Origin: Pocillopora damicornis
Lineage: Eukaryota
NCBI RefSeq assembly: GCF_003704095.1
Contig: NW_020845440.1
Span: forward strand, 1 to 61,021
Reading direction: 5' to 3'
DNA length: 61,021 nucleotides
A program made the translations under genes and the position numbers. This document shows positions 26,680 to 38,202 of the stretch, piece after piece (within the stretch, counting starts at the first letter, position 1; each line of letters starts with the position of its first letter). Under the pieces are notes generated by a model that worked only from the letters and a program-made list of their open reading frames with translations, had not been told where the DNA came from and did not search any database.

Positions 26680-26901
26680 ATAACCCTTTCCACCCTAATA
26701 TCAGTATGCATGTTCTCCTTACTGTTCTCCATACATTTCTTAAGGTGCTAACAAGAAGAATTTGTTTAACAGTCAATGGCTTCTTTGGTTGGTGATCATT
26801 TCCTTTATTTTCATGACCTTAATCATTAAATTGTGTGATTCAGGGGTTAAATGCTGTTAAGAGAAATTAGTTGCTGGTCACTCTTAGGGGCCAAAGGGTC
26901 A
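26680..26901. mobile_element. TTAA MITE subfamily C
   Basis: taaccctttccaccctaatatcagtatg ... cactcttaggggccaaaggg. Matches the outer element at 55071-55488. Confidence 0.8.
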
Positions 26902-27139
26902 GGCAATTTGTGTGAGCTTGTAATTATAAAAGCCCCACAGTAAACAATCAAGATGTTAGTTAAGGAGAAAGTTTGATTTGATCTGAAGTAGAAATGAAAT
27001 GCCTCTGAGATCAATTAAGCTGTCATCATGTTTGGCCGTATTTATCCTTGCTAGTACAATCATCATACAAAATTCCAAGCCAGATCTCATTTGATTTAGA
27101 AAATAATTTGTTCAGTTTTCAGACTGAACAGTCACACAT

Positions 27140-27655
27140 GCCATAATGATTCAATTTAGCGCTGCTCCTTTCAATAAAAGCCCCCTCTCCGATAAGCCCC
27201 CCCTCTTGAATTTGGTTTTTGTGAATAATTGCCCCCATTCTAATTAGCCCGCCTATATAAGCACTCTCATTCCATTAAGCGCCCCTAATAAGTGACCCTA
27301 TTATATTCCAGAGGTAGATTACTGCTACAAGACATGTACATTGAGATCAATTGTGGTTCATCTTCTTCAATTTTTAACTTAAGACTCATGATTATAAAAA
27401 CAGTGGTCCATGTCTTAGTCTCTCAACTATTATGTCCAAAAAAAATTTCCATTTGAGTGCACAGTTCCTTCAAATGATTGATCTCCTCTTAAAATTTGAT
27501 TGTTCTAGTGAGGAAGGCAACAAGTCTGTTTTCCAGTCTTCTTGATCCTCTTCAAAGAAGCATCAAAGCTTTGTTTTGCACATTCTGCTGTTTCTGGAAA
27601 AAAGTAAGCACCCTGTCCCTGATAAGTGCCCTTTTTTGAATAAGTACCCTTCCTT
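27140..27655. repeat. degenerate element with clustered ATAAG(C/T)GCCC-like motifs
   Basis: Repeated variants (gataagcccc, ttaagcgccc, ataagtgaccc, gataagtgccc, aataagtaccc) at both ends, consistent with subterminal repeats of a DNA-transposon relic. Confidence 0.4.
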
Positions 27656-29034
27656 GAGTTGCCAATCATTGTCAGTGGTAAATTATAGGTAACAGAAAAT
27701 AATTTGATGGAATATTAAAGTAAGGAAGGACAGTCAGGTAGTTTGTGATGACTGTTTAATAAATTTATTGCAAAATCAGTATCTGATGAGGTTTAATTTG
27801 ACCCTTTATCAATCTGATTGTTAATTAATCTTATTTTTTAAGCTCAGAGAACTTGTACAGAGAGTATTCAGAGACTACAATAACACAGATTTGCCTAAAG
27901 CTCAATAATATGTAATATGGTTTACTTTGATTCTGATGCGAAAAGGTAACTTTTACAAGATCAAAATATCCAAAAAGTGTCAAACATCTGTAAAAGCAAG
28001 ATTTTTAAGCATAGCAACCAATAATCCTTTAACTCCTAGGAGTAGCCAAAATACCATCCAAGTATTGTAATTTTATGGTATAATCTAACCAACATAAAAA
28101 CATCACATCCCCACAAACTCAACTACTTTATTAAACAGTGAGTAATGTTCTCAACTAGGAGCAACTCCTTAAAGCAGTAAAATACTTATCATTGATAAAC
28201 TTAATTAAGCCCAACACAGTCTATATCCTAGCTCACCATTGACACAATCTCACAGCCATCTCCAAAGTTTCTTGAAAATATGAGAAATCTTCTGCAGTAA
28301 CTCTCTCTTGGCATAGCTTTCAAAACAGTTGTTGCTCCTGTCAGCAACAACTACTCCTACTACATATAAGTGAGTCTTTATGTGTGTTCTCAAAGTGTTC
28401 TGGAACCTTCGAGAAGTTTACAAAAGAGATATTTTAGTAGTATTACATAATAAATGCGTGACTTGATGAAATGCTGTAAAATATTCTATGATATGCATGT
28501 CAGCATGACTAAGCAGTCTGGGGATTTCCAAAAGCTTATATTTACAAAAACAATTACTCAACAGTATCGATATAGGCTATTTTCTTTGCATTTTAAATAC
28601 ATTGTCCCAGACAGCTGGAAGATGTGCAGAGACTATGAGATATCCTTTTCTCAGAGATGGTGTTTGATTGAGCACTAAATTCTCAGCACTAACACAAGAA
28701 ATATGTGGTAAAGAGTAAAGTGATGTGAATTTGAGATCTTTGGTTGTCAGTACTCACAAAAATGAGCTGATGATTTCCATAACTTTTTAGTTTATTGGAA
28801 ATGGGGTCCGAGATCAGAATGTTAGGACTTCTGCTTCCAGTTGTGATCAAAAGGGAATTTTTTTCATACAACATAAATCATCTTTTTTAATGAGAAAGAT
28901 AATGAGATAGAAAAATATCAATAATAAGATGCTGTTGAAATGGAGTGAAGTTCTTAAAGCAAGTATTGTCGGTAATAAATAAATAGCAAAATGTGTGGGA
29001 AATTTATATTTGGATCTTTGAAGGTTTGAAGGTG

Positions 29035-29248
29035 TTAATCTTTTAGCCTCTAAGGGTGACCAGCATCTGATTTCTCCTTCCAATATCACCCCAGAATTTC
29101 TCATTAAGGTCATGAGAATTAAGAAATTGATCACCAAATCAAGAAGTTCTTGATTTTTACATAATTTCTCCTTGCATGCACCTTAGGAAAAATATACAGA
29201 GAACAGCTTGGAGAATATGTATTCTGATGTTAGAATGTGAAGGGTTAA
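29035..29248. mobile_element. TTAA MITE subfamily C (opposite orientation to 26680)
   Basis: ttaa-tcttttagcctctaagggtgaccagc ... ctgatgttagaatgtgaaggg-ttaa. Confidence 0.8.
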
Positions 29249-30064
29249 GTTATAACAATAACATAAAGTCAAAAGGATAAGTTACAACATGGATTTTATT
29301 TCAACATAAAATGTTACACAGCTTTAGACAAAACACCAAAGAATCTTAGAAAATGTTTCTTCACTACCAGGTAATGGAAAAACTAGAGTCTGACTGTCAT
29401 AGCAGCCTGTCCAATTTGTTAATGTATTTACATAACATATCAAAAAATGTTTTTCCTTTTTTTTCACTATACACTACTTGACAAAAACTGTTGCTTTGGC
29501 TGAGGTACTGAAAAAAATACTTCCCTTAATATTGCCAAAAATTCACATCAACTTGTGGAGGGTATACAATGAAACTAGTTACATCTTTTTTTTTTTTTAA
29601 TTAGATAACATTTCCAACATTTTTTTCAAATGTTATTTCTGTATTTTTTGTTTTGTTGGGATTTTGTTTTCCTTCCTTCTTTTGTATTGGTCTAGAAAGA
29701 ATAACCATTTATGTACACAAGCCGCCCGTACATTAGATTGGCCTATGTCAGCGGCTTACTTCATAAATAAAAATAACTCATTACGTCACGCAACATTCGA
29801 AAACGTTCTTCGACGTTTTGGTAGTTTCAAACCATCTCATTAACTATCGAGCTAAATTGCCAAGGAAGGCTAAAAAACTCTCTAAGATAACAACAAGAAA
29901 ACATCAATGTTAAATTCACGGGTTCAAAGCTAGGATATTGCTAAGAAAACTTAATTTGTCTGGTGAACAGTCAAACTCGTTGTCGATCATGACCCAATGC
30001 TTTCGGAGCAAGCACTTGTACGTGTCCAAAGTATTTGAATTCAAGTTTTCCTAAGTCCCTGAGT

Positions 30065-30736
30065 TCACTTTTCCAATGGATTGATCTTCAGTACCTTTCC
30101 TGGCAGCTTCGTTACATGTGACAGGAGCTTTACATATTTGTTCTTGAAGAAGTCTCGCTCTCGGAGAGCTGTAGCTACCTGTTGTTTTAGGCCTTCTAGC
30201 TCTTTTTGAAGACTGTCTCGCTCGACTTCCAAGTTATTCTTGGTCTCGATTCTTCGCATCCTTGAATGCTGGGCATAGCCTCGGTTTTTCAATGTCCTTC
30301 GCCTTTGTTTTACCCGAGCGATTTCTTCCTTCGAAAGCCCTCTGCTTCTCAAAAGATTGTTGATTTCTTTGACAGAGAGCTCTCGTAGCTCTTTCTCTGT
30401 AAACAGAGCTTCTTTAGCGCTCATTTCAGTGCTGAAAAAGTATCCTGTGCTCGTAGAACTGCACTCAGATGGAGATGGGCTTGGATTTGATATCTCTGAG
30501 GCTACATCGTCCTCTGGAAAATTGCGCGATGAATAAGTCTCGCTCAGCCAGGCGGGCATTTCATCTAAGTCCAGGGTGGTGTCTGGAACACTTTGCGCGG
30601 GTTCCTCCTTTCCCTCTGCAGGAATAAACCAGAACTGCTGGATCTGCTCTAAATTCGAGAGATCAAGGTCGCTCAAAAATGAATCGCCAGTGAAACTCAG
30701 CTTTGAGATATCGTTGCTGTCGTTCGTAGGCATCAT
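30065..30736 (-). CDS. Maf-family bZIP transcription factor, large-Maf-like, intronless
   Basis: Extended homology region [31 protein letters not shown], basic region [14 protein letters not shown], a leucine zipper ending [11 protein letters not shown], and an acidic, Ser/Pro-rich N-terminus. Confidence 0.93.
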   Translation of the reverse strand: MMPTNDSNDISKLSFTGDSFLSDLDLSNLEQIQQFWFIPAEGKEEPAQSVPDTTLDLDEMPAWLSETYSSRNFPEDDVASEISNPSPSPSECSSTSTGYFFSTEMSAKEALFTEKELRELSVKEINNLLRSRGLSKEEIARVKQRRRTLKNRGYAQHSRMRRIETKNNLEVERDSLQKELEGLKQQVATALRERDFFKNKYVKLLSHVTKLPGKVLKINPLEK

Positions 30737-33693
30737 CTTGGTAAGACAGTTATTGGCGAGTGTAAAATTCTATGGGATGAGCGGCTTTCAAATCAGATGA
30801 GAACGAAACAACAGGATCACCTGTGTACTGACAGTGCTTGATTTACTTTGAATCAGCGTCGAAGCCTTCGAAATAGAAGATAAGATGGAGGACTGAAATT
30901 TGTTCGCGGGTATAAAGTGACGACTTAATCAAAACACGTGCTTTCACTTCGATTACTGGAGATAAAGTGAGGTGCTTTCACCCAAACGACCGGTTAAAAC
31001 CAGTGTAAGAGGGGTTCATGATTGCACCATGCTTGCTCGCAACATTTATTTATTTGATGATGTCATGTTTCCAAAAAAAAGTTGATCGTTATCTGACCAA
31101 TCACAGGCCGTAACGAGGGACATGTCCGGGCGGTTGTCAAGACGACGTTGAGGGTCGATGACGAACGGGGAATCCCCTACTAGCTATCGTGACAAGTTTT
31201 CGTCAAGTCGACCAGGCTTTTGGTTTATTGCACGAAAAACTCTTAAATTATGCGGAATTTTTTATTTCTGGCGATTCAACAATATGGCTAGTAAATTTTG
31301 ACTTCATTTCGGATCGAATGAAACAAAGCAAGAGCTGAACTTTGTTTGTAGCTCATAACGATATTTGTATTATCCAACATTTATTTTACGTCGAATCAAG
31401 CTTCTGAAAAAGTGTGTTTAATCTGAAACAAGGTCATTGTTTTCTATGTGGTTAAAACCAGATACTTGCAAGGTTTTTGACGACGAGCGTAAATGAAAGG
31501 GAGTAATTTTTAGACCTTCCATAGACTAGCACGATCGATCTGGTGAAAATCAAAACAAAAGCGTAGATTTTGCTTTGTGATCTATAGAGCGTAAAAATCT
31601 GACACGTCACCATGAAATGCGTTTACCTTTCCAACTTACTAATTGTCAATAGCAATGATTGGATATACCCTCTACATAACTGTACCCTCTAATTGTCTGT
31701 TCGTGGACGGCAGTTTTAAATATAGCCGTGATACAATAATCATATTATTCAAATGAACTCGATCCGTTACACTGAGTTAAATTGAATTTCATTCATGTTT
31801 AAAGTGCTTTGTGGTTGTCAAAATTCACCGCGTCATCCCCAAACAAAACATAGCAATTTAGCTCTAAATCGTGACAAGAGATTGTAAATTGTCTTCTTGG
31901 CCGCAATGAGTGGCATTTTTGTAAAGTCTGAGGGATTTTGAAAGCTGACATTGACCTGTGAAAATTATTTGTTTCAAGTGCAAGAGAAATCAAACTAGTT
32001 TGTTATTAATGCAACAATGTTGTTGCAATAATTTCGTCATTTTCCCGAATTAGGAGACTCCTTGTATAATTTGAATTACCGTAAACGAAATGGAGCAATT
32101 TCCCAAGAATAAGTAAAAAAAAATGGAAATACTAACATAACGTAGACAATAACATTAATTCATTCGTCTCCCTCCTTTTAATTATAGCCATTTTAAGCGA
32201 TTTTTCAACAGCGTGAGTCAGCGTTTAACCCGCTCCGGTACCAAAAGGAATTGATTGTTCGTAAACAATTTATGTAAAAAACTTGAACTTAGTTTTTACC
32301 TTAAAAGGTCACGGTTTAGTCTGTTTTATTCGGCGGGAAAATTACCAAAAAATTTTTAAATAAAAGATCGTCTTATGCGTGTTTGTAAGCTTTACAGATT
32401 GTGTGAGGCCTATAATTAGAGTTCATGGAACCTGTTTAGAATATGATTAACTCGGCAGGGTTTTTTTCCTTGATAGGCTGTCTCTAAAAGTTATCATATG
32501 AATGGAATCACTTGAAGTGATCCGTATTTCACGAAATAAATATTGAAGTAGAAGTGGAATGAAAATCCGAGACAGTGATCAGAGGCGATTTAAATGATGG
32601 TCCTTCAATGTGACACCCGCAAACGCACATGGCTTGTCAAATTGCGTGGGTTGATTCTTTGTTTTGAACGTACTTCGACGGAAGGAATCATTTTTCTTGT
32701 GTCACTAACGAAACATAATCTCGTGAGTGATGAAAATCGCGTGTACGTTATTTGAATTTATAGCAATGTTGAAAGATCTTGTTGTGATCGCACGTGAGTT
32801 GTTTGACATCGGACTTCACCACCTGACGTAAAGAAATTAGAACTTTAGTATATCTGACGCAAATCGACGCTAGAAAATCCCAAATAATGTAACAAGATTA
32901 AGATTTAGATCGTAATTTTAACGGCCGTAAGAGTACCTCGTGGCTTAGACATTTTATGCGTTTGCCGGCTCAGTCTTGCTCAAATCTGCCCTGTTGTTTC
33001 CAAGGTGACGTCACATTGTAATTCCCGCGCGAGTAGCACCAGTCTTCTTGAAATTCGCGCGCTGATGCCTTGGGTACCAGTTAGGAAATGAGGAGCGTTT
33101 GGAGACTATTTGTAATGTAAATTACAAGAAAAAGCTTTAGTAAATCGCACTATCTTGTTAAAGCTTTAAAGATGATAGAAAAATTTAGCTTATGCTTTTA
33201 TTATTTTAGGTTTTCACTCTTAATATTGCATATATTCAAGCGATTTTTCAAGAGCGTCACATAACGATGTTGAATTGGGCAGAATCGAAAACGTAGTCGA
33301 AATTGTAATTTTGTTAAGGATTGTTTTCCGAATTTACCAAATTCTTTATTATTTTGCAATGTTGATTTATCTTAAAAAATTATGTAACATGCATGTTAAG
33401 TTTTGTGAAATTTATTCAGTTTTAGAAAACGAATGAAAGTTTCCTGAGTGTATTTTTGGTAAAGTAACTTTCCATGTGCTTTGTTTGTGGTTCGTAACAC
33501 CTTTTCCTTGATTTTTCTTAAACACCGGTGATATTACTTCTGCTTTTCAACAGCGAAGTTAAATATCTCTTTTGTGTTCGAAATAAACAGGCCTGTTATA
33601 TTGGATTAACTAATAATAAACTTCTTAGGCGATATTGAATTTTTCAATGGTTTTAGAACATTTCGCACGCAGTCAAGTGCCTGAAACAAAACT

Positions 33694-34507
33694 ATGTCTT
33701 CTCGCATTGTGTCCTCGTTCCCTGTCGGTCAGGTTCTTGTCGTAGAAGGGATCGAACTCGAGATACAAAATAAGCTTGGTAGCGGAGCTTTTGGCGTGGT
33801 CTTCAAGGCAAGAGACTTACTTGCGAGTGAAACTGTCTTTTATGCATTGAAAGATGTAGTGTGTTCGAATTCGGCTTCAATTGGCAAAGCAATCAGCGAA
33901 GTGGAAACGCTTCGTCGTGTGAAGCACGATTTTATTGTGAAAATTATAGCTGCCGACCAGTATGAAGACTCACGCGGTGGATTTCACGTGCTGATCTTAA
34001 CCGAATACTGTTCTGGTGGGAATTTAAACGACAGGCTGTCGCAACCAAGCAGCGAGGAGAAAACTCTTAAATGGCTTAGCCAAATAGCGAGTGCGCTGAG
34101 CTATTTGCACTCGCTTCAGATTGTTCATCGTGATGTTAAACCAGACAACGTAATGCTGACAGACTCAACAAGAGAGGACTTAAAACTTGGTGATTTTGGT
34201 TTAGCGAGAGAGTTTCTTGCGTTGAAAAGAGTAGAAACACTGTCGGCTTCAAACTGTGGGTTGGCGCAATATTACATGCAGTCAGGGACCGGCCCTGCTC
34301 ATTGGATGGCTCCTGAGGTTTTCACATGTCACTATACGGAGAAAGCAGACATCTTTTCCCTCGGTGTTCTGTTCAACGCAATCCTTGTGCGAGACTTCGC
34401 TTACTCGGCTAACGAGAGGCGATGGTACGGCGCATTCGTGAAGGTTTCTGGTGGAGTAAAACTTGGCCTCGGGTATGCGATGGCAATACTCGGCCCAGCG
34501 GCCATGA
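33694..34507 (+). CDS. intronless protein kinase, STK35/PDIK1L-like; C-terminus falls in gap
   Basis: GSGAFG, YALK, alphaC Glu (ISEVE), HRDVKPDN, DFG, WMAPE and HYTEKADIFSLG (compare recalled STK35/PDIK1L HYTAKADIFALG). Confidence 0.92.
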
Positions 34508-34607
34508 NNNNNNNNNNNNNNNNNNNNNNNNNNNNNNNNNNNNNNNNNNNNNNNNNNNNNNNNNNNNNNNNNNNNNNNNNNNNNNNNNNNNNNNNNNNNN
34601 NNNNNNN
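34508..34607. other. assembly gap (100 N)
   Basis: Run of exactly 100 N. Confidence 1.
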
Positions 34608-35174
34608 CTTTTAAGGCATAGAGTTCAGAGCCCGCTTCGTCTTTCACTTTGTAGACATTCCAAATGCACCACTACCAAGATGCTGTTCGACTTTTACTAT
34701 TTCGTCGCCTACATGCAGTCTTGGGGGAAGATCAATCTAGGCTTGTTGCATTTCGCGTTTTACAGGCCACAACTGTTCTCTTTCAGGCCACAACTGTTCT
34801 CTTTATCTAAAAGTCAATTTGATGGAAACAACGAGTTTAGCCGCTGCGAAATAGTTGGGTCTGATTTCTCGGAAAAACGAACTTGGCAATTGATTTGACT
34901 CATGGGAACGTACAGGGGTGGTGTTATTTCAGTAGTACTCGGTATGAAGGCGATAGTTTGATTGTGCACGAGTTTAACACCTTTCGGTTAGGCCAAATAT
35001 GCTACATTGCAGGGTTTGCTTGAAGGTAGGAGCTAAAACCGATTATTTCTGATGTTAGTTTGTTCTTAGTTATCCCTATCCATTTAGTAAGTAGTAGTAC
35101 CCATAATGTATATTTGAGTGATTTTTTTTTCTTAAAAAAAAACCTCTATGCTAGCTTGTAGAGTGATATGTTGC

Positions 35175-35296
35175 TCGCACCAATCAGATCGTTGCATTAG
35201 GGTATGTATCTCGCACTAATCAGATTGCCGCATTGGGTTATGTATCTCGCACCAATCATATCATAGCATTTGGATATCTTGCACCAATCACAACGT
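35175..35296 (+). repeat. short tandem array of approx. 30-35 bp units carrying (C)CAATCA
   Basis: gcac(c/t)aatca...gcatt...tatct recurs about four times. Probably internal to an interspersed repeat. Confidence 0.7.
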
Positions 35297-36929
35297 TTGG
35301 ATATTTTGTTCTTGCCAATGATGTCATGGAATCAGGAAGCTGTGCACAAAGAATGATAGTAACCAGAAATTTTGGGCCCATTTGATATGTGTAATGGTTT
35401 GTGGCCTTCGTGAGAACCTCGTCGACTAACTTCGAGATTTATCGGGATATGAAAGGTTCGCATTTAACTTTTTGCATCATTTCTAAGTTAAAAAATGTTT
35501 CTCCGCTCCTTTACCCACAACGCACACGCCAAACAACTTACATTCCATCACGTAATATGAAAAGTCCAGTCAGAACATACCCAATCATTGCACCACATGA
35601 ACATTAGCCAATTTTCCACGTGCTTGAATTGTATTGCACCAATCAAATTCCATTTTGCCACCTTAGCCTTCGCTCCACTACTTGTCATTTCCTTGTAAAC
35701 AACCTGAATTTAATCACGTATTATAACTGCATTGTCCAACCCCACTGAAATAGATTCACATGGAACTAAATGTTACTAATAGTGAATTTTCCACGCAATT
35801 CTCAAATGTATCTTCACTTATTCGAGATCGCAATATATCTTTGGTTAGGGCATATTGGAGATACAACAGAGTTCCAGTTTGCTTTTCGTGGTAAAAGTAC
35901 GTGGAATTATACTTTCGAGGCGAATAATTTTGATCTTCTCACTGTTAAAGGAACGGCAGTAAGCGTATTCCCTTTCGCAACCGTTACTTAGCCTCGTCAC
36001 GCAAAGCGCGTTCTCTCTCCAGAGAGGAATAGATGGCGTTGTGTGACGAGACCAAGCAACAGCTGCGAAGGAGACAACAGTAAGCGTGACACCAATGCAT
36101 TTTAGTTTGCTTAGAAGTATTTAGATTTCTCTCTCTTAAAGTGAAGTAATGTGATATTTTAATTCTTTGAAAGTTATGCTCTTTTTTAGTTTCAAAAATG
36201 AAAACATCAGGTACCCAAAGTGTCCCATCTCAACCTACCCAGCCGAAAAAATAGCTCTTGCATGCTGCGCATGCCTATGTTTATTAAGAACTTGAAGGAG
36301 AGTGCTATGAACAAAACACCAAACAAAACACAAACAACTGGCTATAAGCGTGGAAGTCATGGGCTTCCAAAATTCCTGTAACACAGCCCATACTTCAAAC
36401 TATGTTTCCAAGAATTTCGTAATCCGTAGCTTCCCTGGTCTTGCATTTGCCCAGGTTTATCAACTAAAGATCCTTACAAGGAAGAATTCTATTCACACTC
36501 TCAGATGCCAGACTTAGATAGCATTTTATTGAAAAGGTTCTTATCTCAGACACGAATTGCAGTGTAACGTTTCTCAGAAATTACTCGTGAAACCAACTTA
36601 TGTTGATCTTACATTATGTAGCGAATTTCACTTTCTCTGTATTTAGGCATCAAAAGTGAAAAAAAACCAGTCATTTCATAGAAAATTTATTGCTCAACTT
36701 TAGAACCCGACCGAACCATCGAAACATGATACGAACGAACTTTCTGCTGAGAATTCTCTTGTATTCCACGGCGCACAATTAGAGTGAAACTTCAAGGGAT
36801 AAGTGCACGATCTCGATGGATCTCCACTTTCCGTCACTTGTTTTAGTTTCTATAGATTAAGTACCTCTTTACATTTTCTTCGCCTAGTTCGAGAGATTGT
36901 GGTAGACGTTGATTAAAAGAAAAGGGCCA

Positions 36930-36986
36930 ACAAGGACTGTGATGTAGCGATGTTGACAAGGACTGTGATGTAGCGATGTTGACAAG
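36930..36986 (+). repeat. 26-bp perfect tandem duplication
   Basis: acaaggactgtgatgtagcgatgttg twice, followed by acaag. Confidence 0.95.
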
Positions 36987-37227
36987 ACGCTTACATGTCC
37001 TTTAGAAACTCACAGCCAAGATATATTCCTGAAATTCTTATTTGCATGCCTCTTACCTTAATTTCTGTAACTTAATCTTGCAGCTAATAATCATGTGGCA
37101 ACGCTTTACTTTAAAGGACAAGTGTTACATGTATAGTTTTTAAGTTCTCTTTTAAGTTTCTTGTCCGGTCATGTACCAAGGTACGGAAATGACATTACAC
37201 CTGTTCGGCAGAGTTACATATATACGC

Positions 37228-38202
37228 TTAGAAGCACGAGCCAGCCTCATTCGAATCAGTCGAAGACTGTCCAAGTCCTATATTCTCTTGAATAACTCTC
37301 AAATGGTTGCAAATCTCTTGAGCGGTCGGCCGATCATATGGGTTGTATTTCAGCAACTCATGAACGTTTCTCTGTAGAGCGTTGGATCCTTGAGCGTGAC
37401 TTGAAAATTGAATTCGTATATTCCTATCAAAATTCTCCATCGCAAAGCCGACGCCATACTTCCCTCTACCAGGAACACTTACGAAGGCCCCGTAAATGGC
37501 TTTCCCGTTGATCACGATGTAATCCCGCTCGAGTATTGCAAAGAGGAGCGTTCCGAGAGAGAAAATGTCGGCTTTTTCAGTGTAATGGCCGCGGAAAAAT
37601 TCTGGAGCTACCCAGTGGATTGGACCTGTTCCCGATTGCATGTAGTATTGCGTGTAAGTTGTCAGCCACGAACCATCATCTTGTTGCACGCTAGCTCGTT
37701 TTAGTGCGATATACTCACGGGCAAGGCCAAAGTCGCCCAATTTGACATCTTCTGATGCAGTCAAGAGCACATTATCTGCCTTCAGATCGCGGTGAACTAC
37801 GTTGCACGAGTGAAGATGGGCAACAGCTTCGACGGTTTGGGTCATCCATGTCAGATTTTGTTGGTCGCTGCTTGGTCGAGCAAGGCGATCATTTAAGCTT
37901 CCGCCTGGGCAATACTCGGTCAAAAGCAACATGTGCGAACCTCGGCTATCGCGAAACTCGCCAACACTCACGATCGCAATAACATTTTCATGAGAGATTC
38001 GGTTTAGTGTTGAAGCTTCGCGGATGGCATTACGAATGGCTGAATCATTCAAACAAAGGATATCTTTCATAGCGTACACTTTGGACGTTCCTTCTTCTAT
38101 TACTTTGTAGACGACACCAAAAGCGCCGTTACCAAGTCGCTGTTGGATATTTACTATTTTTTCACCCACTTGAAGCTGTGTTGGAAGGTTAGTTTGGGCC
38201 AT
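37228..38202 (-). CDS. intronless protein kinase, STK35/PDIK1L-like (paralog of 33694)
   Basis: Complete 324-aa ORF with GNGAFG, YAMK, IREAS, HRDLKADN, DFG, WVAPE, HYTEKADIFSLG and DRPTA. Confidence 0.95.
   Translation of the reverse strand: MAQTNLPTQLQVGEKIVNIQQRLGNGAFGVVYKVIEEGTSKVYAMKDILCLNDSAIRNAIREASTLNRISHENVIAIVSVGEFRDSRGSHMLLLTEYCPGGSLNDRLARPSSDQQNLTWMTQTVEAVAHLHSCNVVHRDLKADNVLLTASEDVKLGDFGLAREYIALKRASVQQDDGSWLTTYTQYYMQSGTGPIHWVAPEFFRGHYTEKADIFSLGTLLFAILERDYIVINGKAIYGAFVSVPGRGKYGVGFAMENFDRNIRIQFSSHAQGSNALQRNVHELLKYNPYDRPTAQEICNHLRVIQENIGLGQSSTDSNEAGSCF

Noticed and set aside
9760-30736. Functional or evolutionary link between MAF1 and the Maf bZIP
   Set aside because: The names coincide, but the proteins are unrelated families.
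35175-35296. CRISPR-like array
   Set aside because: Units are degenerate tandem repeats with no unique spacers, no cas genes are present, and the context is eukaryotic.
37228-37245. Prenylation motif at the kinase C-terminus (GSCF)
   Set aside because: The Cys is second from the end, so it is not CaaX, CC or CxC.
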